Virus record (IMG/VR): IMGVR_UViG_2843020057_000001
Span: 10,516 to 74,515 of that record
Reading direction: 5' to 3' (one strand)
Source: a virus
Taxonomy: Duplodnaviria; Heunggongvirae; Uroviricota; Caudoviricetes
DNA length: 64,000 nt
How positions within the stretch are numbered: the stretch's first letter is position 1; the number at the start of each line of letters is the position of its first letter. Of this stretch, positions 29,385-38,152 are shown one piece after another. The notes below the pieces were generated by a model that saw only the letters and a list, made by a program, of their open reading frames with translations, was not told the DNA's origin and made no database searches. The position numbers and the translations under genes are program-made.

Positions 29385-31481
29385 ATGCCACTGAAATACA
29401 AAAAGCCCAATTACAATGAAACGTTATCGAATATTGTAAATGGGCTTGAAGAAAAAGTAAGTGGTCGAGCAGCAAGTGTTTTACGACAACCAATTCGCAA
29501 CCTTCAAACAACTATTCAAGTGTTGGATAATGATGGCTCCATAATTGATACTATTACTGGAAAAACAACTGGTGGAACTATTAATTATGATGCAACCTCA
29601 TTGATACGACGAACGGGAACTTTGAAGATGGTTGTTGATCCTTCATATATGCCAAATAACAAAAGTGTTTTTTGGTTCGATAAGAAGTTTAGAGTCTATC
29701 AAGGAGTTGTTGATTTATCTCGTTTCCCCAGGGAGGCAGTTAACTTTTTACTAGGAACGTTTTGGGTTAACGAATCCTCTCTACGTTTTGATAAAACAAC
29801 ACGTGAAATATCAGTTACGTTAGCTGACAAAATGACCTTATGGGACGGCCAAGGGCTAGAAAATAAACTCAAAATAAAGCGTGGAACACCTATGAGTGAT
29901 GCTATTAGAGGAATCATGGAATTAGTGGGAGAAACAGATTTTGGGTATATGTACACCAGTAATGGTGAAGAAATCCTTCAGTACGATTACGAAAAGGAAC
30001 CGGGAACTTCAATCAATGATATCATTGAAGACTTTCGTGATATGTACATGGATTTTATCTGTGGCTATAATTCTCTTGGTCAATTTGAATATCGTAAGTT
30101 GCCCATTCAAAAGGAAGAAGAAATTCCTAAGCCTAAATGGGAATTTGATGCAACTTCACAAGATAGAGCAGATCTCACCTTATCATTTCAAGAAAGTTAC
30201 GACTTAAAGAACGTTAAGAACAGATTTGTTGTTATTGGGTCCACATCAACCAAAACAGGCTATACACCTAAAGGTTCAGTAAAAATTACTGATACAAATA
30301 GCGAGTTTAATATAGATGCTATCGGAACTAGAACAAAAGTTATTCAAAATAGTGATCTTACCAATGATTTACAGTGTGTGTCTCAAGCACGCTATGAAAT
30401 GTGGAAGGCGGCACATTTTCAAGAAAAAGTAAGTATTGATGTTGCTCCAGTTTACTTCTTACAACCTAATGATGTTATTCTGGTCACCAATCCTGTAACA
30501 AAAAAAGTATATCAATATATGATTGATACTATCCAAATTGACTTAGATGTCGATGGGATCATGTCAATTGATGCTCATAAAATGTACTTTGTTAAGCCAG
30601 ATTATGGTGAGGCAGATATGCCAATTGTTGCAGCTATCAAGAATGGTATCAATAAATTAGGATGGCTGTCACTTCCCGAAGAAAGAATTAAAGATGCATA
30701 TGGTATTTCCGCCGATGGAAAGAATTACTTGAGTATCCGATTTGTTGTTGACGAAGAAGGTGGTTGGCAAGCAGAGACAACCGCATATAACACTTCCAGA
30801 AATCAAACACTAGAAATCGACCTTCGAGATTTTGAAAAGCTTAATCTTAAGGATGAAAATGGTGACGTTGGTAGATCTAAAGGTGATTATGCAGATCGTG
30901 TACTCGGACATGAAATGTTTCATGCAGTTTGTAATGATTTCTATGGTGCTGTTAAGACGATGGATATGCCTGTGTGGTTCAAAGAAGGATTTGCAGAATT
31001 ACTTCATGGTGGAAAAGATCGTTATGTAACGATAACGGGATTTGAAAGCAAGGAAGCTAAGAAGCAAGCATTAATTAAGCGAGCTAGAAACCAGCTAAAC
31101 GGAACATGGGAGAGTACATCAGATGACTATGTAGCTGCGTATCTTATTGCTTGTGCTATGTATTATTTGGCTGGAGACTTAAAAGGTATTCATGACATGT
31201 TTCAGCGACTAGAAAAAGAAAGTAACTTAAATTTGAACTTTCTATACAAAGCATTACCTATTACTGAATCGGCAGGTCAAATCTTCGATAAGGTAATTGA
31301 TGAAATGCAAAAGATGCCAATTTGGGATTTCTTAAATGATCCTACAGATGTAGACACATGTTCTATTGGTGGAAATCATATGCTTAATCTATATGACAGA
31401 CCACTTAGTCCAGAAGATGTGTTTAACAATCAGACGGCAACAACTGATTCATTAGGATTTAAAATTAAGTTCGACGAGTAG
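29385..31481 (+). CDS. Tail hub (Tal/DUF5048-like) protein with a C-terminal HExxH gluzincin metalloprotease domain
   Basis: N-terminal hub pattern (GGTINYDATSLIRRTG, TLADKM, VKNRFVVIG); HEMFH at 30909-30923; WFKEG Glu at 30984. Confidence 0.75.
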   Translation: MPLKYKKPNYNETLSNIVNGLEEKVSGRAASVLRQPIRNLQTTIQVLDNDGSIIDTITGKTTGGTINYDATSLIRRTGTLKMVVDPSYMPNNKSVFWFDKKFRVYQGVVDLSRFPREAVNFLLGTFWVNESSLRFDKTTREISVTLADKMTLWDGQGLENKLKIKRGTPMSDAIRGIMELVGETDFGYMYTSNGEEILQYDYEKEPGTSINDIIEDFRDMYMDFICGYNSLGQFEYRKLPIQKEEEIPKPKWEFDATSQDRADLTLSFQESYDLKNVKNRFVVIGSTSTKTGYTPKGSVKITDTNSEFNIDAIGTRTKVIQNSDLTNDLQCVSQARYEMWKAAHFQEKVSIDVAPVYFLQPNDVILVTNPVTKKVYQYMIDTIQIDLDVDGIMSIDAHKMYFVKPDYGEADMPIVAAIKNGINKLGWLSLPEERIKDAYGISADGKNYLSIRFVVDEEGGWQAETTAYNTSRNQTLEIDLRDFEKLNLKDENGDVGRSKGDYADRVLGHEMFHAVCNDFYGAVKTMDMPVWFKEGFAELLHGGKDRYVTITGFESKEAKKQALIKRARNQLNGTWESTSDDYVAAYLIACAMYYLAGDLKGIHDMFQRLEKESNLNLNFLYKALPITESAGQIFDKVIDEMQKMPIWDFLNDPTDVDTCSIGGNHMLNLYDRPLSPEDVFNNQTATTDSLGFKIKFDE

Positions 31482-31528
31482 ATTTTATTGAGGAGGACAT
31501 TAATACATATGAGAGGAAGTTGTATTAA

Positions 31529-32263
31529 ATGTCGAGATCTACTTTTCCACAAAAGATAGATGTATTTAGAGAATTATTTGATCTTCCGGCAAATCAAGTT
31601 GCAAATGCACTAGAATTGCAGAGATTAAAACAAAAGACAACACTAACAAATGATGAACAAAATCAAATTTCCGCATTAAGTGCCCAACTACAAGATTATA
31701 TGATTACACCTGAAACCATGAATAAACTTCAGGACGCAATTGTAGAAATTGAGACATTCTTTGATGGAAATGTAAGAAAGTATATTCTTGAAAAGCAGAA
31801 AGAATGGGATACCTACGTTAACGATTTTGATTATGTAGGTGAATGGGACGCAACGAAGAAGTTTAAGAAACATAATCTTATAACATATCAAGGTGCGCTA
31901 TATATTGTTACAAAAGATGTGGTAGCGGATAGGCAACATACACCAGATAATGATTCCGATCATTATAGAAGAGCATCCAGTAAGGGTGACAAGGGTGATA
32001 TAGGATTAAATGCTATTTTTAAGGGTGAATGGAATGGAGCTACTAGCTATAAGGCTGGTGATGCCGTGTCCGTTCGTGAAGGTCAAAGTTGGCGCCCGTT
32101 AGATTTAGTATTTATTGCTAAAAAAGATAATCAAGGTCAAAAGCCAACTATAGGTGCTGCAAGTGATTATTGGTTCCCATATCATAATTTAATTGTTGTT
32201 CCTAAAGAATATGCTAACTATAAATTTCATCCAGATATTCATCGAATTCAAATAGTTGATTAG
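31529..32263 (+). CDS. Baseplate-associated protein with short carbohydrate-binding-like repeats
   Basis: GAGAGGA RBS; two W(D/N)ATxxY/F..G(D/N).V.Y motifs separated by collagen-like KGDKGDIG. Confidence 0.5.
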   Translation: MSRSTFPQKIDVFRELFDLPANQVANALELQRLKQKTTLTNDEQNQISALSAQLQDYMITPETMNKLQDAIVEIETFFDGNVRKYILEKQKEWDTYVNDFDYVGEWDATKKFKKHNLITYQGALYIVTKDVVADRQHTPDNDSDHYRRASSKGDKGDIGLNAIFKGEWNGATSYKAGDAVSVREGQSWRPLDLVFIAKKDNQGQKPTIGAASDYWFPYHNLIVVPKEYANYKFHPDIHRIQIVD

Positions 32264-32273
32264 GGGTGGAAGA

Positions 32274-32663
32274 ATGGAAGTTAGCGAACAACAAAAAGGA
32301 TTATTAGAAGCCATGCGAACAATAGCTCAGCATGAAGCACAACGTAATTCAGGACCTCAATTTCAAACTGGTGTTGTGGTGGAAGACCCTGCCGGATATA
32401 AATGTATTGTTAGAGTGAATGACACTGAAAAAACATGTACATTACCAGAACACTTACATGATTGGGTAAGTAAAGACGATATAGTTCAAATTTGCGATAT
32501 GTATGGGAATGGTGCTGAGCTAATTGTCACTGGATCTTCTGGATCAACAAGAAAGAAAACATTGGTTGTTAACGATGAAGATAAAGATAAGTTAACTGGT
32601 GGCGTTACTAAATTTGCAGATGATAGTGGAAATTTAACCGATAATACATTAACGCTAGAGTAG
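32274..32663 (+). CDS. Hypothetical baseplate-region protein
   Basis: ATG 32274 after AGGGGTGG, within ORF 32256..32663. Confidence 0.55.
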   Translation: MEVSEQQKGLLEAMRTIAQHEAQRNSGPQFQTGVVVEDPAGYKCIVRVNDTEKTCTLPEHLHDWVSKDDIVQICDMYGNGAELIVTGSSGSTRKKTLVVNDEDKDKLTGGVTKFADDSGNLTDNTLTLE

Positions 32664-32677
32664 AGAGAGGGTATTAA

Positions 32678-34033
32678 ATGGCTGTAAAAAGAGCAAAATA
32701 TTTAGTTGCAGATGATGAATATCATTTCGTAACGGACGACAAGGCTCTTAGAGTCCTAGATTCAAATAATAATGAAATTGGAACTTTTAGAGAATTAGGC
32801 TTTGAGGGAAAGCTAATCACAAGCGGTGATTATAGAGACATAAAACATACTGGGGTGTACCGAATTAAAGGAGTAGGAGGTTTGCCCGGAAACATTCCAG
32901 GAGATAAGGAATCTATTCTGACAGTTACATCAATTGGTGATCAGAACAATCCAGAATTGACTTTCTATAAAGTAATAAGTCCTAACGGAGTAATTTTAGA
33001 AAATACTGTCTCACGAAGTAATCAGTCTGGATGGGGATCTGGCGGTGTTGATTTGCGAAATACCATTACGAATATTAACAATATTCTTGGTGATATTTCA
33101 AAACTCCAAACAGATTCAAAGAATATGACTGGGGCAATTAATGAGTTAAATTCCAAAATAAATAATGTATCTGACAACTCACAAAGTGGGTTGGAAAGCT
33201 TAAAAAAAGATAGTGACAATAGATATTTGTTCAAGTGGGGAGATACGGTTAATGGTGATCTTTCAATTAAGTTTGGAGCGAAATACAAACTTCGAGGTAA
33301 GAATGGTCATGACTACAATTTAGCCTCTATTGACGACAATAATAATATCCATATTGGAGATGCAGACACTAACTTACATTTTTGGGGTAATGATAATCCT
33401 ACTTTTAATGGTAAAAAGATATTCACAGAAGCTAATGTAGGTAGTGGATCGGGGTTAGATGCTGATAAACTTGATGGGATTGACAGCTCAGGTTTCTTAA
33501 AGATTAATAGCGATGATACTAAGTATAGCGGTCTTCGAATGGACAAACGGAATATTCATTTCAATATTAAAGATGGCGAAAATACAGAAACAGGATTAGT
33601 TTTTGATAAGAATAATAATTGGACTGCTAAAGTTGTTGCAACCGATATTGGTGATGTCCATATTCAAACAGGTGGTAAAGAGTATAAATTACCACCATTT
33701 ACCTTTAACCAAGATCGAAATTTTGTTCAATATGGAGGCGGTCATTGGATTAGGGCTAACGAACCTCAACTCAATTTCCAGACATATGATGAAAAGACTG
33801 GAAACTTTGATAAAGGGGTAGGGTTCTTTAAGCCAACTTGGGATCAAGGTTCTTTAGCAGTTGGAAATTGGAATACCTCTGAAGTTGTTGCTCAATTTGC
33901 TGTTGGAGCAAATCATGAAGCGGTTAAGCTTAATCATTCTCCTTACATCGGTGATCATAATAGAAGATTATTTATGCAAGACGAACAGCCCAGCGGAGAT
34001 ATTCCCGTAGGATCAGTTTGGATTGGTATTTAG
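32678..34033 (+). CDS. Second tail fibre/receptor-binding protein
   Basis: GDISKLQTDSK..TGAINEL motif and GSGSGLDADKLDG fibre motif; knob-like segment. Confidence 0.7.
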   Translation: MAVKRAKYLVADDEYHFVTDDKALRVLDSNNNEIGTFRELGFEGKLITSGDYRDIKHTGVYRIKGVGGLPGNIPGDKESILTVTSIGDQNNPELTFYKVISPNGVILENTVSRSNQSGWGSGGVDLRNTITNINNILGDISKLQTDSKNMTGAINELNSKINNVSDNSQSGLESLKKDSDNRYLFKWGDTVNGDLSIKFGAKYKLRGKNGHDYNLASIDDNNNIHIGDADTNLHFWGNDNPTFNGKKIFTEANVGSGSGLDADKLDGIDSSGFLKINSDDTKYSGLRMDKRNIHFNIKDGENTETGLVFDKNNNWTAKVVATDIGDVHIQTGGKEYKLPPFTFNQDRNFVQYGGGHWIRANEPQLNFQTYDEKTGNFDKGVGFFKPTWDQGSLAVGNWNTSEVVAQFAVGANHEAVKLNHSPYIGDHNRRLFMQDEQPSGDIPVGSVWIGI

Positions 34034-34046
34034 GGGGTGATTATAA

Positions 34047-34730
34047 ATGCCATTTGTAAAATATAGAGGAGCCAACGGAGAGTGGATTAAACTTGGTGGT
34101 GGCAATGTTCGCATTTCCAATGGACATACATGGATTCCACCACGTGCAAGAATTTGGAATGGTCATGAATGGTTGAACCTACTGGAGGAGCGTAAAATTA
34201 CGACCTGGACGGCAAATTGGTCGGAGGGATACTGGGGATCTGATCATAATAATATAGCACATACACATTACAATTCTCTTTGGCGTCATGATCGACTTGC
34301 ACAAGGTGACTATCAACCATATCATGACCGATTTAATAGATCAATTGAGCATGGTATGGCAGGCTTTGATGATGCGAATATTAGGGCGACATTAGCCGGA
34401 GCAAGAATTGAACGAGTTGAGTTATACTTGCACTCGTTACATTGGGCGTATATGTCGGGTGGAACTGCTGTGATCGGATTACATAATGCTAGAGGATGGC
34501 AGGAGTATTTCTCTGAAACAAATCACGGTGTGGCTCGTGTAAGGTACTATACTCGAGATCAAGGGCAATGGATCACTTTACCAAATTGGGTAGGAGATAA
34601 TTTAAGAGATAATAAAATTGCTGGAATTACAACGAGTGCAGACAACAACAGTCTCTCGCAATATGGAATATTTGCTGGGATTTGGGATGGTTGGAAGGCT
34701 CCTAAACTGCGTATCACTTATTGGAAGTAA
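34047..34730 (+). CDS. Tail-tip-associated protein, aromatic- and His-rich
   Basis: AGGGGG RBS; last gene before the endolysin. Confidence 0.5.
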   Translation: MPFVKYRGANGEWIKLGGGNVRISNGHTWIPPRARIWNGHEWLNLLEERKITTWTANWSEGYWGSDHNNIAHTHYNSLWRHDRLAQGDYQPYHDRFNRSIEHGMAGFDDANIRATLAGARIERVELYLHSLHWAYMSGGTAVIGLHNARGWQEYFSETNHGVARVRYYTRDQGQWITLPNWVGDNLRDNKIAGITTSADNNSLSQYGIFAGIWDGWKAPKLRITYWK

Positions 34731-34840
34731 CAATTAAATAATTAGATTTTATTTTTTTAACACTTATTAGTAAGCGGTTACAAAAACAAGGAGGGAACTT
34801 CTAAGGAGGACAAATAAATACTCGAAAGGAGCAATTTATT

Positions 34841-36142
34841 TTGTTCAAGAAGTTTCTAAAGAGGATGTTAATGGTAGCAGCAACTATCATTATGGTTGCC
34901 CCTGTATTATCAGGGGTCGCAAGTGCAGATGGTCGATCGTATGGGCCTGATCTCTCAAAATATCAAGGTGCATATACAAATAAGCCATATGCACGTGATC
35001 AATTCGCAATTTCACAAGTTGGTGGATACGCAAATGGTTATTTCTATGACCAATGGACATATCCAACACAAATTAGTTCAGGTATTGCTAATGGTTTGAG
35101 AATGCACACTTATATTTGGTATCAAGTTGGTGGAAATGCTCAATTGGGGAAGCAGGTTGTAGATCATTTTCTACCAAAGATCCAAGCGCCTAAGGGGTCG
35201 ATCATTGCATTAGATTATGAAGACGGAGCATCTTGGGACAAGAACGCAAATACGGAAGCCATTTTAGCAGGTATGCGTGAAATTAAGGCGGCAGGATACG
35301 TTCCAATGTATTACAGTTATAAGCCGTACACCTTGGCTCACGTTGACTATAATCGTATTATTGCTGAATTCCCTAACTCTGGATGGATTGCAGCATACCC
35401 AGATTACAATGTTCGTACAGAACCATACTGGGGTGTATTCCCTTCACTTCCAGGAATTAGTATCTACCAATTTACTAGCACGTATCGTGCTGGCGGTTTA
35501 GACGGTAATATTTCATTAGCACCTAATGGTCGTGACATTACTATGAGCGGTTACACTAATGGAAATTCACAGAAACCAAAGACCGAAACTCCTGCAACGG
35601 AACAAGGTAAGCAAATTCATAAGGATACTCATAACTACACCGTAAAGCCAAATGATAGCTGGTGGGCAATAGCAAATCGTTATGGCATGGAAATGAACGC
35701 TTTAGCACAACTGAATGGTAAGACCATCAATGATGTAATTCACCCAGGTCAAGTTATTCGTGTTGCTGATAAAGGAGATGGTCAATCAGTTTCAAACAAG
35801 GTTAACACCACCCCCGCACAACCAAAGCCAGCTCAACCTAGTGCACAATATTACACAGTACGCTACGGCGATTCATTCTGGTCCATTGCAAACAAATATG
35901 GAATGAATATGTACACACTTGCTGCTAATAATGGATTAAGCATTAACTCAGTTATTTACCCTGGGCAACGCTTAAAGGTGAGTGGTAACGCACAAGCAAC
36001 TCAAAAGGTTCACTATGTTAAATATGGTGAAACGCTAAGCGGAATTGCTGCACAGCTCGGAACTACTGTATCTCATTTACAAGCAGTAAACGGAATTCGA
36101 AACGCTAACTATATCTGGGTCGGCCAAAGAATCGCTGCATAA
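34841..36142 (+). CDS. Endolysin: signal peptide + GH25 muramidase + 3 LysM
   Basis: AAAGGAG RBS; Sec signal ending VASA|D; DLSKYQG and ALDYEDG GH25 motifs; three LysM repeats. Confidence 0.92.
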   Translation: MFKKFLKRMLMVAATIIMVAPVLSGVASADGRSYGPDLSKYQGAYTNKPYARDQFAISQVGGYANGYFYDQWTYPTQISSGIANGLRMHTYIWYQVGGNAQLGKQVVDHFLPKIQAPKGSIIALDYEDGASWDKNANTEAILAGMREIKAAGYVPMYYSYKPYTLAHVDYNRIIAEFPNSGWIAAYPDYNVRTEPYWGVFPSLPGISIYQFTSTYRAGGLDGNISLAPNGRDITMSGYTNGNSQKPKTETPATEQGKQIHKDTHNYTVKPNDSWWAIANRYGMEMNALAQLNGKTINDVIHPGQVIRVADKGDGQSVSNKVNTTPAQPKPAQPSAQYYTVRYGDSFWSIANKYGMNMYTLAANNGLSINSVIYPGQRLKVSGNAQATQKVHYVKYGETLSGIAAQLGTTVSHLQAVNGIRNANYIWVGQRIAA

Positions 36143-36180
36143 CATATTCGTTTGTAAAACATGGGTTTTATAAATTTTTT

Positions 36181-36215
36181 AGAGTGGATAAACTTAATGT
36201 TGATCCACTCTTTTT
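36181..36215 (+). terminator. Intrinsic terminator after the endolysin
   Basis: AGAGTGGAT...ATCCACTCT followed by a T run. Confidence 0.75.
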
Positions 36216-36248
36216 CATAAAGGTATTTATATTAGATGCTTTTTAATG

Positions 36249-36283
36249 GAACAGCTATTATAAGGAGCTGTTCTTTTCTTTTT
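36249..36283 (+). terminator. Second intrinsic terminator
   Basis: GAACAGCT...AGCTGTTC followed by TTTTCTTTTT. Confidence 0.65.
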
Positions 36284-36399
36284 AAAACAAAAAGAGCGTT
36301 TTCCAACGCCCACGTTATACCGGTACGGTTTAAGTAGTCAACTGAAACCAATATACACTCGGTATATCTTTCTTATCTTGATATACACATTTTAGCACA
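36281..36399 (-). ncRNA. Candidate structured small RNA, copy 1 of a tandem pair
   Basis: Minus-strand TGcTAAAAT extended -10 near 36389-36397; stem-loops; GC hairpin plus U tract; 42-nt core 36309-36350. Confidence 0.55.
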
Positions 36400-36520
36400 T
36401 TTAAAACAAAAAAGAGCGCCTATCAGGGCGCCCCACGTTAAACCAGTACGGTCTAAGTAACCAACTGAGACCATTTTGCACATGGCTTATTTCTTTATTC
36501 TAATCGTGCCTAATAAGCAC
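36400..36520 (-). ncRNA. Candidate structured small RNA, copy 2 of a tandem pair
   Basis: Core 36432-36473 is 36/42 identical to copy 1 with a compensatory pair; own hairpin plus U tract. Confidence 0.55.
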
Positions 36521-36676
36521 GTTAAAAAGCTAAGTAAAAAAGCTATGAAGCAACTACGTAAGTGGCTGCAAGTCTAGCCTTTGGGCTATACTTTTAGTAT
36601 TTTCAGCGGTGGTATTTATTCGCTATCGCTGTTTTATTTTTCTGTTGTTAACAGTTTTTAATTTTAAAATTAGATT

Positions 36677-37955
36677 GATGAATTATAGAATGAAGTTAGC
36701 CACCCAGTTGGTGGTAAATAAAAAACGCCATTCGGCGTGACATCAGGTATCATATTAAGTGAACCAAACCTATATGAAAGGATGTCCGTCAAATGACGCA
36801 CTTAAATGATACCATGTCTACTAGTTTATTGACTACTCATAAAAAGAATGCTCATCTTACTAAAGAAGAACGTGTGATGATTGCGACTTTAAAGTCGCAA
36901 GGACTTTCCAATCGCGCAATTGGTCGCCAATTAGGAGTTAATCATCAAACAATTAATAACGAGCTCAACCGTGGTACGGTCCGCCAACTTCGTCGTCAAA
37001 AATCTAATGGTAAGATTTACGAATATTCTTACTACATCTATAGTTATGAAGCTGGTCAGGCCACATATCTTGAACATCACCGCCATTCTGGTCGTCGTCG
37101 CTTATATTATTCTTCAAAGCAATTTTTACGATTAGCTGATCAGCTAATGCTTGGTGAGTTTGACGACCACCATTACTCCCCACAAGCGGTTATTTATAAG
37201 GCTCGAGATTTAATGAATGATGGTACCCTGATCCCAAAGTCGGTTGTAACTTTATATCAATGGATTAATGAGGGTGTGCTTCGTACGTCCAATTTAGACC
37301 TCTTTGAAAAACCTAAACGTAAGCATCATCGAACTCATCCGCAAGCTAAAAGGTGCTTGGGGCCTAATATTGCTCAACGACCTCAAACTGCGGACCAACG
37401 GTCCGAAATTGGCCATTGGGAACTAGATACAGTTCAGGGACAGAAAAACGGTAATGACAGTGTTGTACTAGTAATGACTGATCGCCTTTCACGAGTTAAT
37501 ATCACGAGTAAAATTGCTGGTAAAACTGCGCATGCAGTAAATCAGTTCTTTATAAATTTACGCCAGAAAATGGGCACAGATGCTTACTATCGCATCTTTA
37601 AGACAATAACCTCTGACAACGGTTCAGAATTTAGTGAGTTAACACAAGTTCACGATCATGTTTTCTATGCTGATCCGTATTCCCCTTGGGAACGTGGATC
37701 CAATGAGATCAATAACCGGTTTCTTCGCAAGGAGATTACCAAAGGTGAAGCTATAAATAACTATAGTAGTGCTCAGATCATAGCGACTAATGATTGGATG
37801 AATTACTATCCACGAGCTATGTTTAATGGACATTCGTCAATGGATATCTATCGTAAGGCCTTCTACCAAGAGATATCACAGCTCCATCAACCAATAATCA
37901 ATTGGTCAGTATTATTTATTTGAGTCCAGTGGCTAACTTATTCTTGAAATTTAGG
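36677..37955 (+). mobile_element. IS30-family insertion sequence
   Basis: Imperfect terminal IRs (..AGAATGAAGTTAGCCAC / GTGGCTAACTTATTCTT..); flanked by a 12-bp direct repeat TAAAATTAGATT at 36665-36676 and 37956-37967; exact ends uncertain by 1-2 bp. Confidence 0.88.
36793..37923 (+). CDS. IS30-family transposase
   Basis: N-terminal HTH; DDE motifs WELDTV, TSDNGSEF, ERGSNE. Confidence 0.95.
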   Translation: MTHLNDTMSTSLLTTHKKNAHLTKEERVMIATLKSQGLSNRAIGRQLGVNHQTINNELNRGTVRQLRRQKSNGKIYEYSYYIYSYEAGQATYLEHHRHSGRRRLYYSSKQFLRLADQLMLGEFDDHHYSPQAVIYKARDLMNDGTLIPKSVVTLYQWINEGVLRTSNLDLFEKPKRKHHRTHPQAKRCLGPNIAQRPQTADQRSEIGHWELDTVQGQKNGNDSVVLVMTDRLSRVNITSKIAGKTAHAVNQFFINLRQKMGTDAYYRIFKTITSDNGSEFSELTQVHDHVFYADPYSPWERGSNEINNRFLRKEITKGEAINNYSSAQIIATNDWMNYYPRAMFNGHSSMDIYRKAFYQEISQLHQPIINWSVLFI

Positions 37956-37966
37956 TAAAATTAGAT

Positions 37967-37994
37967 TTGACATAAGGTGTATATTAATTATAAA
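37967..37994 (+). promoter_or_regulatory. Sigma70-type promoter of the toxin-remnant/immunity pair
   Basis: TTGACA-N16-TATAAA. Confidence 0.55.
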
Positions 37995-38009
37995 TAGGGA
38001 GTTTTTATT

Positions 38010-38141
38010 ATGAAATATTGGGAATATTTAAATAAAATACTACTAATCATGGTGGTTATGCTATTTTTCGGAGGCTATAACTCTGTTAAGGCCGATATTA
38101 ATTCTAATGATTTAATGATGAGCTGGTTTAGAAATTATTAG
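38010..38141 (+). pseudogene. 43-aa ORF: signal peptide joined to a short tail; probable internally deleted secreted toxin
   Basis: AGGGAG RBS; MKYWEYLNKILLIMVVMLFFGGYNSVKA|DINSNDLMMSWFRNY*; directly before an SMI1/KNR4 gene; absent from the ORF track. Confidence 0.5.
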
Positions 38142-38152
38142 GGTATTCTTAT

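Noticed and set aside
36281-36520. CRISPR array, type III antitoxin repeats, or pistol/twister/hammerhead ribozyme
   Set aside because: Only two ~120-nt units, no constant repeat with unique spacers, and no cas or ToxN gene nearby. CCACGTTAAA and GGTCTAAG resemble pistol/twister fragments, but the required partner strands and catalytic cores are missing.
36482-36577. 31-aa cationic peptide ORF MAYFFILIVPNKHVKKLSKKAMKQLRKWLQV as an Fst-like toxin
   Set aside because: No SD, no full TM helix, and not conserved in the paralogous repeat unit
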